Shown: positions 39,101-52,403 of the stretch, piece after piece
Layout: each line of letters starts with the position of its first letter
Numbering within the stretch: position 1 is the first letter of the stretch
From: Leucoraja ocellata
Taxonomy: Eukaryota
Reading direction: 5' to 3'
NCBI GenBank assembly: GCA_036785375.1
Contig: JAWMAR010000471.1
Coordinates: 496,001-560,000 of the forward strand
DNA: 64,000 bases
Position numbers and translations under genes: made by a program
The notes under the pieces: model-generated
What the model was told of the DNA's origin: nothing
Database searches by the model: none
What the model saw: only the letters and a program-made list of their open reading frames with translations

Positions 39101-40321
39101 AGGTTCTACTGCAGTTGTACAGGGTCTATAGCAGACACCACCAGGAGTATTGCGTACAGTTTGTTCTCAAAATCTGAGGAAAGACATTCTTACCATACAG
39201 GGAGTACAGATAAGGTTCACCAGACTGATTCCTGGGATGACATGACTTTCAAATGAAGAACGACTTGATAGACTCGGCTTGTACTCGCTACACTTTAGGA
39301 GATTGAGGGGGTATCTTATAGAAACTTACAAAATTCTTAAGGGGTTGGACAGGCTAGATGCAGGAAGATTGTCCCCGTTGTTGGGGAAGTCCAGGACAAG
39401 GGGTGAGAGTATAACGATAAAGGGGAATTATTTTAGGACCCAGATGAGAAAAACATTTTTTCACACAGAGAGTGGTGAATCTCTGGAACTCTCTGCCACA
39501 GAAGGTAGTTGAGGCCAGTTCATTAGCTATATTTAAGAGGGGGTTTGATGTGGCCCTTGTGGGTAAAGGGATCAGGGGGTATCAAAAGAAAGCAGGAACA
39601 GGATACTGAGTTGGATGATCAGCCATGATCATATTGAATGGTGGTCAGGCTCGAAGGGCCGAATGGCCTACTCCTGCAACTATTATCTATGTTTCTATGT
39701 TTCTATGTTAATTGGCTTGATAAAAAAAACGTTAAATTGTCCAACTTGGCGATATGCAGAGTACTGCCCTGCCTACTTCAAAATTCAGAAGGTTCAGTAG
39801 GTAATACCTGAACTGATCATCTTGTCATATTTTAACCCTCCATAACTCATCATGGTTTTGTTCGCTGCAGATGGAAAACAATTCTGCATTATCCAGTCCA
39901 TCACACAATTCACACTGTCCAATACTAGCATCATTCGTGTGAGGAGAGTTGCATACTCCCCAGTTTAAATTGATCCTTAATTCATTATTTCGAAAAATAA
40001 TATCCCTGTTCCTGTGCTGTACAGCTCCGTGGAGTTTTTCTTCTGTGAATTCCTTAGGTCGAGTGCAGGAAACATGGCACTTCTTTCTTAGGTCAAATCG
40101 TTCTTCAGAATGATCTATCCCCAAACATTTACAGCCGATCAGACCCATTCAATTCGTTCTATCATCTTGCACATCAACATTCGTGATATCTCAAAAGGAT
40201 TAATACATTGAGAAGATTTCGCCCTAATATCTGGAATAACACCAAAAGCTTTTCACCTCTGTGTTTTATGATTTAACACATTCATTTAAAGATAATCTGT
40301 TGATCAAGAATATTTCTAGCC

Positions 40322-41369
40322 AATCCTTTGGAAGAAGCAATGAATATTAAGGCTGATTCACAAAAAATAATATCATACTTTTATAATAATATATTAAATA
40401 GAGAATCACCCTCAACAGAAGCATTAAGGGAAGATTGGGAACATGAGTGAATGATAAAGATCCCGAAGGATAGATGGGAAAAGTATTTGATGAATACACA
40501 TAACTGTTCTATTAATGCAAGACATAATTTAATTCAGTTCAAATTATTACATAGACTATATTATTCAAAAACGAGGTTGAATAAATTTTATCCAAACGTC
40601 TCTCCCAGATGCGATAAATGTTTGTTTCAAAACGCTAATATAACACATTCATTTGTAGGATGTACAAAGTTGAATAAACTCTGGAGTGATATATTTGATA
40701 TATTTACAAAGCTTTTCAAGTCAAGAATAGAACCCAAAACGGAATGGATTATATTTGGAATAATAGGAGAAGATACCAATTTAAATAAAGATCAAAATGT
40801 TTTTTTTTTAATTATGGGTTAATAATTGGAAAGAAATTGATAATTAAATTTTGGAAAAATACAACCATACCAACTGTTAAAATGTGGATTAGGAATAAGA
40901 TGGACATAGAACGCCTTGAAGAAATGAGACTCCGACTAATAGATAAATATGACCAATTCTTAAGGAGTTGGTCTCCTTTCATCGACTTTTTGGAATCATG
41001 TGATGCAGCGGTAACGTAAAGATTGCTGATTTCAGTTCATGACGCGGAAAGATCTACATCTCCGAATACAGATTTGAAAATTTATCTTTTAAGGGGCCTT
41101 CACTTCTATTTCTACTTTCCACTTTCTCTCTTTCTTTTTTATTTTTTATATACACACTTTACGTTTTTCTACTCTCTACCATCTATTTTTCCACTTTTTC
41201 CTCTTTCTATTGTTTTCTTTTTCTTGACTTGCTTACTTCCTTCTCATAACATAAAACTAGAGGTTGTACATAGAATGGATTACGGTATTACATAGTTGGC
41301 ACCTAATATTACGTTCCACTGTACTGTTTTGTGCTGTATTAACTTCTAATAAAATAAACAAAAAAAAAA
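40322..41369 (+). mobile_element. 5'-truncated L1/Tx1-like LINE (ORF2 C-terminal CCHC domain, 3' UTR, poly(A))
   Basis: RCDKC..ITHSFVGC motif; AATAAA at ~41348 then an A-run; 16-bp TSD aagaatatttctagcc at 40306-40321 and 41370-41385. Absent from the paralogous sites (~5200, ~22275, ~60435). Confidence 0.9.
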
Positions 41370-42028
41370 AAGAATATTTCTAGCCGTTGTATATTTCCAG
41401 TCAGTTGTCACATTACACATTATATTCGCCTATTCTTTACTTCATGAAATGCCAACAGTTGCAATACATTAATGCTGCTGTTGTAGCTGAATTGTATACG
41501 ATGTCGTCTAGAAGGTTCCCTGTGGTTTACATCATTTAGACCCTGCCACAAAATCATTATCTTTTCTTTTGAAAGGCAGCTCCACGGATAATGCAAGATG
41601 AAATTATTAATGGGTGCATATTAAATGAAGGGAACGGTGTCTGGAAAATGCATTGCAAATGCTACAAGTAATATACTGTATTACATCGTAGCATGTGTGG
41701 ATAAATGCTACATGACACGAATTTTGCTGCATCTGTGTGCCACGCGTTAAAATTTAAAAATAGAATGTTCACTCGTATTTTACAGTTCCTTAGTTCTGTT
41801 GGTGCTCAGCTGGTGCCTGAGTAGTGAGCGGTCGCATAATGAGTTTGACCGCTTTGCATCACATGCGAGCATACTATTTGTTCAACGGTCCACAATAAAT
41901 GTCCGCGGGGAGGTGAACGCACGCAGTCCTTAATTTTTTTCTAAGAATATAAATATAGCGCTGTTTGACTTCTCACTTTGACTCCTATAAGTTTTGCACT
42001 GCATAACTGCGGACGGCTTGAAGGAAAA

Positions 42029-42098
42029 ATGAGTTGGAAGCGGCACTTGGAAGTTGAATATTATTATTATCCAATTCTGGCAGCAATCGGAGTAACCG
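42029..42098 (+). CDS. GPCR copy 3, coding exon 1 (MSWKRHLEVEYYYYPILAAIGVT)
   Basis: Homologous exon 1 with donor G|gtaggt at 42099. Confidence 0.85.
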
Positions 42099-43483
42099 GT
42101 AGGTCAAGGGAACGCTGTAAGTGGGACTGAGATGTGGGGTGATGTGTTGATAAAGACAATGTCAAAGGTAAAGTGTAAATAGTGTGCGAAACACGGGAAT
42201 GCTAGACTGCAATCTTCAGGTTAGGGCGGTATTAACTAGAAAATGTTTGTTTAAGAAATTAATGCAGTTGCTGGAGAAATCGAAGCAAGACAAAAATGCT
42301 GGAGAATTAGACAGCGGGTGAAGCGGCATCTAGGAAGCGAAAGAATAGGTGACGTTTCGGGTCGAGACTGATCAGTCTGAAGAAGGGTCTCGACCCGAAA
42401 CGTCACCTATTCCTTTGTTAAGCTACTTGATCGTTGGTCGTTTATTGGATCTGGCACAGGTTAATTCTCTTCAGGTTTAGGTGCATTGTTGTCATGTATT
42501 TCCGGGAGCTGCAAAAAGCTATGGTTTGCAAGAAATCAAAATTAGATCAAATAATATTAAATAACAGTACAAACAATTCAATCTCAGTAACAGGTAGTGT
42601 AAAAGGGGAAATCGGAGTGCAGAGCGTAGTTCAAGTTTGGGAGCGCACTGCAGCGTATCACATCCACAAAGCCCAATGTCCGCAAGGGGATACAGGTGAA
42701 ACGGCAATGCCCTGGCATATGGAAGAGCGGCTCAGAAGCCTGACAACAGAGGGGAAAGAGCTGTTCTGGAGTCTGGTGGAGCGAGCTTTAAGCCTTCTCC
42801 ATTTTCTGCCCGACGAGAGCAGGAAGTAGAAGGAATGAGCGGGGTGAAACATGTCTCCGTTTCCAATGGATTGTGAAGTGCGAACGCAGTCAACAGTGCG
42901 GAGTCCATTTCGTGATATGGACCCGGCGTCTTCCAGAACCCTGTGCAATTTATTCTTTATGGGGCATAGATGGCCCCACAACAAGCTTTGTGCGGCACCG
43001 TTGTTGAGAATTATTGTGGAAGGGTGTTACCACTAATTCTCTCGGTTTATTCTTTAGGAAGTTGAGTATCCATTCGCAAGCGGCTGCACTGATCGCTGGG
43101 CTCTGGAGTTTATCAATGGGTTTGGATGGGAGTAGTGTTGAAGGCAAGTTCTCCAGCGGAGAAATGGAAATCCGACTTTCGACTCCTTGTTGCCCGGCTG
43201 TTCCCGGGAAGGGTTTAGGTCCAGGACGATGTCGCCTGATGCGGACATGTTGCTGCAATATGCAGTCTGCGGTGCATCACGGGTGGCTGGGAGACAGCTC
43301 ACGCTACCTGCGTAGACCGCTGCTAATTAATCCGCACAGCTCCTTAGCAAGCACCCAGGTTTGCATGTGGGCAGTTGTTTTCGAACAAATAAGCAAACGT
43401 AACCCAAGATTGACCCCCGCCTCCAAATTTGCATCACGTGTCCCTTACATGTAACTACAGTTTCCTCTTTTCTACACCCGCAG

Positions 43484-44398
43484 TGAACTTGCTGGCAATT
43501 GTGATCCTGGCCCGCAGAAATTGTGGTCTCTCCAAATGCACCACTCGGTACCTGGTGGCCATGGCGACGGCGGACCTCTCTGTGATTGTCTGCGACGTGA
43601 TATTAAATCGGATTGCCGACCTTTACTGGATGAAAACATTCCTCTTCCACAATACTGTGTGCAGGTCCATTATGTTCCTCGCTCCCGCGGCCGTTGCCTG
43701 TTCTGTGTGGCTCACGGTTGCTTTCACATTTGATCGCTTTGTGGCCATTTCCACTCAGACTCTGAGAACCAGATACTGCACTGAGAGAACCGCGCTGGTG
43801 GTTATAGTGACCCTAACTGCGTTCTTCTGTTTACTGAACGTCCCCTGGCCTTTTGCGTACAATTATTATTTCAGGGATCGGCAGGGTATACAGTGGGGTT
43901 GCATAATACGATATCAGTTGTATAGCCTATCCTCGTGGATAGTTTTTTTCCTGGACTCAACAACTGCTAGTCCCAGTCATTCCATTTTGTTTGATTATGC
44001 TGATGAACGTGCTCACAGTCAGACGCATTTTAGTGGCCAGTCGTGTCCGCAGAAAACTCCGCGATCTCAGTGGTGAGGACCCCGAGATCGCAAACCGCAG
44101 ACGGTCCGTAATTTTACTCCTTGCAATCTCCAGCAGTTTTATGCTGCTCTGGGGCACAACTGTGGTATATTTCGTTTTCTATCGAATTACGAATGCATTT
44201 TGGGTCAGGGGGTTTAGGAACCCATATGCAACATTTGATCAAACAGCTATTCTGCTACAACTGTTGAACACCTGCACAAACACGCTCATTTACACCGTGA
44301 CACAGAGGAGGTTCAGACAGCATCTGCTCCAGGTACTCATGTACCCCTTCACCCTAACTGTAAGTTTAATAAAATCGAGAAAATCTGGTGTAAAATAA
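43484..44398 (+). pseudogene. GPCR copy 3, exon 2, with a +1 frameshift in a T7 run (pseudogene or homopolymer sequencing error)
   Basis: Acceptor cccgcag at 43483. The frame breaks at gtttttttcc (T run 43943-43949), where paralogues read gcattttcc. ORFs 43429-44076 and 43991-44398 are the two halves; no other lesion seen. Confidence 0.8.
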
Positions 44399-45129
44399 CA
44401 TTACAAATCCTTGTGTGAGTAAGTGCAAAAACTAGGTAATGAAGGAGTTTTCGCTGAAATCTTTCTGCATCAATTTTCCAAAAAATAGCTTAGAAATACA
44501 AGCTGAACGCGCCCCTTGCACTGGAATGCACATTTGGCCATCTATTTAACATACGACACGGGCTCGTTGTTCAAAGTGCCCAATGGGAAGGGCGGCCATG
44601 TGGAACCGAGTGCTATGTTGTACTGGAGCAGACCTCCAATGATTCCGGAATTGAGCCTCGCCGTTAACTGTTTCCACATTCCTTTGAATCCAGCGGCAAA
44701 GTCTCCAGCACGTGATGAAAACAGACATAGTTATGGTCCTAAACATTGCATGCTCCATAACTCTACACTTCTTTGAGACGTTCCATAGTTACTTGTGTAA
44801 ATGCCCAGTGCACCACTGTGTTCCATAAAATTACTGCTGCAACATTTACATTAATGAGAGTTCCATTTTATATTTGTTTCTCGCACTGAATGTAATGCCT
44901 CGTTGCTTCTTACTGAGGTTTTCGGTTTCCATTGCAATTCTTAATTCTGCACCAGATGCAGCCAAAGGTAGTGGGTGCCGTTAAAACAATTTGGCATTAC
45001 TAACTATATGTTTTAATGGAAGCAGAGTGTCACAAGCGGGAGTCCAGTAGAGGGCGGTAAAGTGAGTAAGTTCGCCTGTGTGGTAAGCCAGAGAATCTGA
45101 ATCGTTTTGCATTAATGCCCAACGTCAAC

Positions 45130-48100
45130 TAGCTTATCCTTTGATAATGTTGCATGTTTCTATCAGACCCCCCCCCCCCCCCCCACCCCCTCATCTTTCT
45201 AAACTCCAGTGAATCCAAGCCCAGTCTTTTCAATCTTTCCTTATATCACAGTCACGCCATCTCAGGTATCTATCTCGTGAACCTACGCTGAATGCCTCAT
45301 TCACAAGGATATCCTTCCTCAATTTAGGACACCAAAACTATGCACAATACTCCAGATGTGGTCTTACCAGCGGTCTATACAACTGCAGAAGAACCCCTTT
45401 CCTGCGATACTGAAATCCTCTTGTTATGAAGGCCAACATTCCATTTGCTCTCTTCACTGCCTCCTGTAGCTGCACGCCAACGTTCAATGACTAGTGTACA
45501 AGGACACCCAGGTCTCGCTGCACCCCCCCCTTACTAAACCCTAACCTCATTGAGATAATAATCTGCCACCTTGTTGTTTCCGGCAAAGTGGATAATCTCA
45601 CATTTAGTTATATTATACTACACCTGCCACGCAACTGCCCATTCACTCAACCTGTCCAGGTCACCCTACAACCTCCTAACATCCTCTTCACAGTTCACAC
45701 TGCCACGCAGATTTGTTTCATCCGCAAACTTGCTAGTGTTGCTCCTCATTACCGCTTCCAAATCATTAATATATGTTGAAAATTTGCGGCCCCAACACCG
45801 AGCCTTGAGGCATCCACTCGCCACTACCTGCCATTCTGAAAAGGACCCGTTCACCCCTACTCTCATCTTCATTTCTGCCAACCAATGTTCTATCCATGTC
45901 AACACCCTAACCACAATACCATGTGCTCTAATTTTAGTCACCAGTCTCCCGTGCTGCACCTTATCAAATACTTTCTGAAAGTCTAGATAATCTACATCCA
46001 CTGGATCCCCTCCAACCATTTTACTTGTAACGCCGTCAAAAAATTCCCGAAGATTAGTCAAGCATGATTTCCATTCTCATAAATCCATGTAGACTTGGAC
46101 TAATCCGTTTGCTATCCAACTGCCCCATTATTACCTCTTTATTAATTGACTCCAGCATCGTATCAACCATCGAAGTCAGGTCTGTATTTCCCCGTTTTCT
46201 CTCTCACTCCTTTCTTGAAAAGTGGGATAAGGAAGACATATATAATTTACCGGGGGATCGGGGGTCAAATAAGATGGAGGAGCGAAGGGAAATGCATGTT
46301 AGTCGAGAAGTGGTGTTAGGTAAATTGAATGGATTAAAGGCCGATAAATCCCCAGGCTGCATCCCAGAGTGCTTAAGGATGCATCCCCAGAAACAGTTGA
46401 TGAATTAGTGATAATTGTTTTAAACTCGTTAGATTCTGGAGTAGTTGCTGAGGATTGGAGGATAGCTAATGTAACCCCACTTTTTAAAAAGGAACGGAGA
46501 GAGAAAACGGGAAATTACAGACCAGTTAGTCTCACATCGGTAGTGGGGAAAATGCAAGAGTCAGTTATTAAAGATGGGATAGCAACACATTTGGAAAGTG
46601 GTGACATCATTGGACAGTCAGCATGGATTTATGAAAGGTAAATCATGTCTGACGAATCTTATATAATGTTTCGAGGATGTAACTAGTAGAGTGGGTAAGG
46701 GAGAACCAGTGGATGTATTATATCTGGACTTTCAGAAGGCTTTCGACAAGGCCCCATATAAGAGATCAGTATGCAGCCTTAAAGCACACGGTATTGGGGC
46801 TTCAGTATTGATGTGGATAGAGAACTGGCTGGCAGACATTAAGCTAAGTGTTGGAGTAAACGGGACCTTTTCAGAATGGCGGGCACTGACTAGTGAGGTA
46901 CCACAAGGCTCAGTGCTGGGACCGCAAATATTTACAGTACATATTAATGATTTGGACGAGGGAATTGAATGCAACATCTCCAACTTTGCGGATGACACGA
47001 CGCTGCGGGGCATTGTTCCCTGTGAGGAGGATGCTAGGTGGCTGCAGTGTGACTTTGACAGGTTGGGTGAGTGGGCAAATGCATGGCAGATGTAGTATAA
47101 TGTGGATAAATGTGAGGTTATCCACTTTGGTGGTAAGAACAGGAAAGTAGACTGAATGGTGGCCGATTAGGAAAAGGGGCGATGCAACCAGACCTGGGTG
47201 TCATGGTACACCAGTCATTGAAAGTGGGCATGAAGGTGCAGCAGACAGTGAAGAAAGCGAATGATATGTTAGCATTCATAGCAAAACGGTTTTCAGCATA
47301 GGAGCAGAGAGGTTCTACTGCAGTTGTACAGGGCCTTGGTGAGACCACACCTGGCGTATTGCATACAGTTTGGTCTCCTAAGCTGAGGAAATACATTCTT
47401 GCCATGGAGGGAGTACAGAGAAGGTTCACCAGACTGATTCATGGGATGGCAGGTCTGCCATATGAAGAAATACTGGATAGACTCGGCTTGTACTCGCTAG
47501 CATTTAGAAGATTGAGGGACGATCTTATAGAAACGTACACAATTCTTAAGGGGTTGGACAGGTTAGATGCAGGAAGATTGTTCACGATGTTGGGGGAATC
47601 CAGAACAAGGGGTCAGAGTTTAAGTATAAGGGTGATGTCTTCTAGGACCGAGATGAGAAAAAAGAAATCACACTGAGAGTGGTGAATCTGTGGAATTCTC
47701 TGCCACAGAAAGTAGTTGAGGCCAGTTCATTGGCTATATTTAAGAAGGAGTTGGATGTGGCTCTTGTGGCTAAAGGGATCAGGGGGTATGGAAAGAAGGC
47801 ACGTACAGGATACTGAATTGGATGATCAGCTATGATCATATTGAACGACGGTGCAGGCTCGAAGGGCCGAATGGCCTACTCCTGCACCTATTCTCTATGT
47901 TTCTATGTTTCTATAACATTACCTATACTTCCATCCGCAAGAACAGACCCTGAATCTATTGAACATTGGACAATGGTCACCAATGCGTCCACTATTTGTA
48001 GAGCCACCTCCCTGCGGACCCTGGGATGCAGACCTTCGGACACAGGGGATTTATTATCCTTACGTATTATTAGCCTACCCAATTCTATTTCTCGCCTAAA

Positions 48101-49965
48101 TAAAAATAATGTCAGTTCCTCTACCCCCTTAGATCATCTGTCCTCCAGCACACATGGGAGATTGTTTGTGTCTTCTTCAGTGGAGACAGATCCGAGGTAC
48201 CAGTTCAACTATTCTACCATTTAATTATTACCCATAATAATTTCACCCGTGTCTGTCTTCAAGGGACCCACATTTGACGTTGCTACTCTTTTTCCCTTAA
48301 TATATCTAAAGAAGCTTTTATAGTCCATCCTGATATTCCTGGCCAGCTTCCCCTCACACTTCATCTTCTCAGCCCTTATTGCCCGTTTTGTTTCCTTCTG
48401 TTGTCCTATGAAAGTTTCCCAATGCTATAGCTTCCCGCCAGTTTAACTCCTGCTGAAAATTACACGCTACATCCGGGCTACTGTTTTGGGAGGTTTGTAG
48501 AAAGCACCAATTAGTGTCTTCTTGTCTTTATAATTCTTCAACTGAAACCACAGTGACTCTGCCACGTAAGTCCCTATGTCTTCCCTCGCAAGGTATTGAA
48601 TTCCATCCCTCAACAGCAGAGATACACACCCCCCCCCCCCTCCCCACCACCCCCCTCCTCTGCCCACCTGACTGTCCAATCTTTAGGATGTAGAAATTAC
48701 ATTCCTAGGCCCGATCCTCCTGCAGACACGTCGCAGTAACCCCCACAACGCCATATCTACCAACCTCTAACTGAGCCTCAACTTCATCTCCTTTACTTCT
48801 TATACTTCGCGCATTCATATACAATACTTTTAATTCCTTACGCATCTCACCTTTCCCATCGATCCCTATTACACTTGGCCATAGTCTCCTATCATTTGTG
48901 AGCTATCTTTCCCGTTAATCCTGGGGGTCATTAACTACCCATTTACTCTCTTTCCCTTTTTATCCCATTTGACACCCCACCCCCATTATTCAGTTTGAAA
49001 CCCACCTGTGTAGCAGTGGCAAAGCTGCCTGCCAGAATGCTGGTGTCCCACTTGTTAAGGTGCAATCAGTCCCTTTAGTACAGTTGTGCCTTACTCCAAA
49101 ACAGACCCCAGTGGTCTAAGAATCTAAATCCCTGCCTCCTGCAACAGGTCCTCAGCCACATATTCAGGTCCTGTATCTCCCTGTTCTTGCTCTCGCCAGC
49201 ACGAAGAACTGGAAGCAAACCGGAGTCAACCACCCTGGAGATCCTGCTTTTCCGAGCTTCTAAAGTCCTGCTAAATAATATTCATCCCCTTCTTTCCAAC
49301 ATCGTTTGTGCCGACATGCACTACCACTTCCGGCTGTTCACCTACGCCCTTGAGGATTTGATGTACTCTGTCCGTGACAACCTGGATCCTGGCACCAGGG
49401 AGGCGACGCTCCATCCTCGAATCCCGTCTGTTGCCGCAGAAACCCCTGTCCGTACCTCTCATAATGGAGTCTCCAACTACCACGGCGTTGCCAGACGTCG
49501 GCCTCTTTGGTTTTGGCTCAACAGCACTTTTTGCTTCGCAAGCCACTCCGCCGATCAGTGTGTTAACGGGATCTGTCCCGACAGCTTCTAAGTGGGTGAG
49601 CCTGTTCTCAAGAGGTAAAACACCCAGGGACGTTTGCAATCCATGTTTCCTTCCCTTTCTCACTGTCACCCACCTTCTCTCTTCAAGTACCTTGGAAACA
49701 CAGAAACATAGAAACATAGAACATAGGTGCAGCAGTAGGCCATTCGGTCCTTCGAACCTGCACCGCCATTCAATATGATCATGACTGATCATCCAACTCT
49801 GTATCCCATACTTTCCTTCTCTCCATACCCCCCTGATCCCTTTAGCCACACGGTCCACATCTAAATCCCTCTTAAATCTAGCCAATGAACTGCCCTCAAT
49901 TATCTTCTGTGGCAGAGAATTCCACAGATTCACCACTGTGTAAAAAATGATGTTCTCCTCTCGGT
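45130..49965. mobile_element. Nested cluster of CR1 fragments (RT on both strands, ORF1 esterase remnant 49271-49690 on -)
   Basis: FADET/FADDT, DFQKAFD, VVGDSIMRG, HVGTND motifs. Confidence 0.88.
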
Positions 49966-50844
49966 CCTAGGTTTAGTTACCTGCAGCAAAAAATGGAGAC
50001 TGATGAAATCAACTTTTATAGAAATATAATCTGATAACAAAAGTATTTTGGGGACAACATGTGTTTTCCTTCAGCTGCTTGCGCCAGTTGTGATCTCCAT
50101 TGGGATCGGTGTCCATTTGTGACTGTGGCGCCACTTTCCACAGCAATCTGTTCTGAACTAGATTTACCAACAAACTCTGCATCCATCGTATCCAGCCGCC
50201 TCGCCTCCAACTGAATGGCAATAGCTCTACTATTCCGGTCCTCGACGCTTCCCCCTGATCACACTATTCTACTCTAAACCCATCTCTGATTGCTCATGTA
50301 AGCGCTCATGTTACAAATCTGCTTAATATAATTAGTTTACAATGTACATTAAAGATTCACTCTTCACCAGTTGCAGCCAACGGCGGCGGATGGTGTTTAT
50401 ACAATCAAGGGAATCTAATTATATTTCAAGGAAGCAGAGTCCAGTAGTCGGGTGCGTTAAAGCGAGAAGGTCCGCGTTTGTGATTGGTCATAGAGCAAAT
50501 TGGTCTTGCATTTATCTCCCAAGCCATTACCCCAGCGCAGACGCTGCAGTTCTGCTGATGCAGAGTGTTGAGAATGAAAACAAGGGGAAACAGCTTGAAA
50601 GGATGATTCTCAGACTCGTGTGCATCGTGCGTAGAACTCCGCAGTTGGGAAGACATTGAGAATGATAGAGGATGCTTCCAATTAAATTGTAACTGATTAC
50701 ACAAATAAGGAATCTTTCTGCTGTTAGTGCCAGCTAAGATATTTATGAGGATTATGGTTTGACTTTTGACTTGGCGGAAAATTCTGCACAATCTTTCCAT
50801 AACATCATTTACAATCAACCTACCTTGTAAACCTGTGCTGCACT

Positions 50845-51362
50845 CCCTCAGTTGCAAGAATGTCCTTCCTCAAATTAGGGGACCAAAACTGCACACAATA
50901 CTCCAGGTGTGCTCTCGCTAGGGCTCTGCACAACTGCAGAAGGACCTGTTTGCTCCTATATTCGATTCCTCTTGTTATAAAGGCCAACATGCCATTCGCT
51001 TTCTTCACTGTCTGCTGTTCCTGCATGCTTACTTTCATAGACTGATGTACAAGGACCCCCAGATCCCGTTGCACTTGACGCAATTTAGATAATAATTTGC
51101 CTTCCTGTTTTTGCTACCAAATTGGATAACCTCACATTTATCCGCATTAAACTTCATCTGCCATGCATCTGCCCACTCCCCCAACCTGTGCAAGTCACCC
51201 TGCATTCTCGTAGCATCTTCCTCACAGTTCACACTGCCATCCAGCTTTGTGTCATCTGTAAATTTGCTAATGTTACTTTGAATCCCTGCATCTAAATCAT
51301 TGATGTATATTGTAAATAGCTGCGGTCCCAGCACCGAGCCTTGCGGTATCCCACTAGTCACT
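50845..51362 (-). mobile_element. CR1 RT fragment
   Basis: [23 protein letters not shown]. Confidence 0.85.
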
Positions 51363-51703
51363 GAAACGAGAAGCTGCGTCGCCTTACCGGCCCTCTATCG
51401 GCCTCCTCCCATCGTGTGCGGGCGAGCCGGGACTACAGGCTGAGTTCCCGCGCGAGGCGCTTGTCCTCCCTCCTCGGTCTGCAGCGGGCGAACCAGGCAT
51501 ACTGGGCCGGTCATCATTGATAGGCGATTGAGGTCTGGCCTAGCCGGTGATACTCTGTCGGCGGTGCCCTGCCTACTGCTGGGTTTGGCCGCGGCTATAT
51601 CACATTTGGCCGCGCTTTAGCCACATTCGAAACGCATGCAGGTTTGCCGTTTAATTGGTCTCTGTAATTGTTCCTATGTGAAGGAGGGAGGTTGTGTGCG
51701 GGT

Positions 51704-52236
51704 ACTTCTACAGAGGCCCGGGGAGCCGTTGGCGAGAGGAGGTCTTACCTGGAGCTGTGAGTATAAAAACAGCGCGGGGCTTGCTTCTACAGAGGCCCGG
51801 GGAACCGTTGGCGAGAGGGGGTCTTACCTGGAGCTGTGAGTATAAAAACAGAGCGGGGCTTGCTTCTACAGAGGCCCGGGGAGCCGTTGGTGCGAGGAGG
51901 AGTTACCTGGAGCTGTGAGTATAAAAACAGCGCGGGGCTTGCTTCTACAGAGGCCCGGGGAGCCGTTGGTGCGAGGTGGAGTTACCTGGAGCTGTGAGTA
52001 TAAAAACAGCGCGGGACTTGCTTCTACAGAGGCCCGGGGAGTCGTTGGTGCGAGGTGGAGTTACCTGGAGCTGTGAGTATAAAAACAGCGCGGGGCTTGC
52101 TTCTACAGAGGCCCGGGGAGTCGTTGGTGCGAGGTGGAGTTACCTGGAGCTGTGAGTATAAAAACAGCGCGGGACTTGTTTCTACAGAGGCCCGGGGAGT
52201 CGTTGGTGAGAGGAGGACTTACCTGGAGCTGTGAGT
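51704..52236 (+). repeat. Tandem repeat, 79-bp unit, ~6.7 copies, forming the CR1 5' end
   Basis: gtataaaaac recurs at 51761, 51840, 51919, 51998, 52077 and 52156 (period 79). Confidence 0.95.
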
Positions 52237-52403
52237 TACCCAAATCACCAACGTTCCATCTCACTTCCAGAGAAAGATTCTGATTCTGGTGGAAGCCTCT
52301 GATTGGTGGAAGAGGACCAGCAGAAGCAGCTGATTGGCTGATTGGCTTGTATTGTATTTGCATTGGAATTGTAAGGCTTTATTGTATTTGGATAAGGGGG
52401 ACA

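Larger units (their letters stand above)
4700..40320. repeat. Tandem segmental duplication, unit ~18.1-18.3 kb (GPCR + TCR V + shared TE insertions)
   Basis: Colinear near-identity at offset ~18.1-18.26 kb, e.g. 7590/25678, 11128/29385, 14399/32654, 18693/36970. Partial further copies at ~39800-45120 and ~59040-64000. Confidence 0.92.

Noticed and set aside
4700-40320. Duplication as an assembly artefact (two haplotypes placed in tandem)
   Set aside because: The units differ by several percent, with many amino-acid changes and unit-specific TE insertions and indels. True paralogy is more likely, though read depth should confirm it.
51704-52236. CRISPR-like array or U1 snRNA copies (cttacctgg)
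   Set aside because: The units are fully repeated with no unique spacers, the context is eukaryotic, and the U1 similarity is limited to 9 nt.
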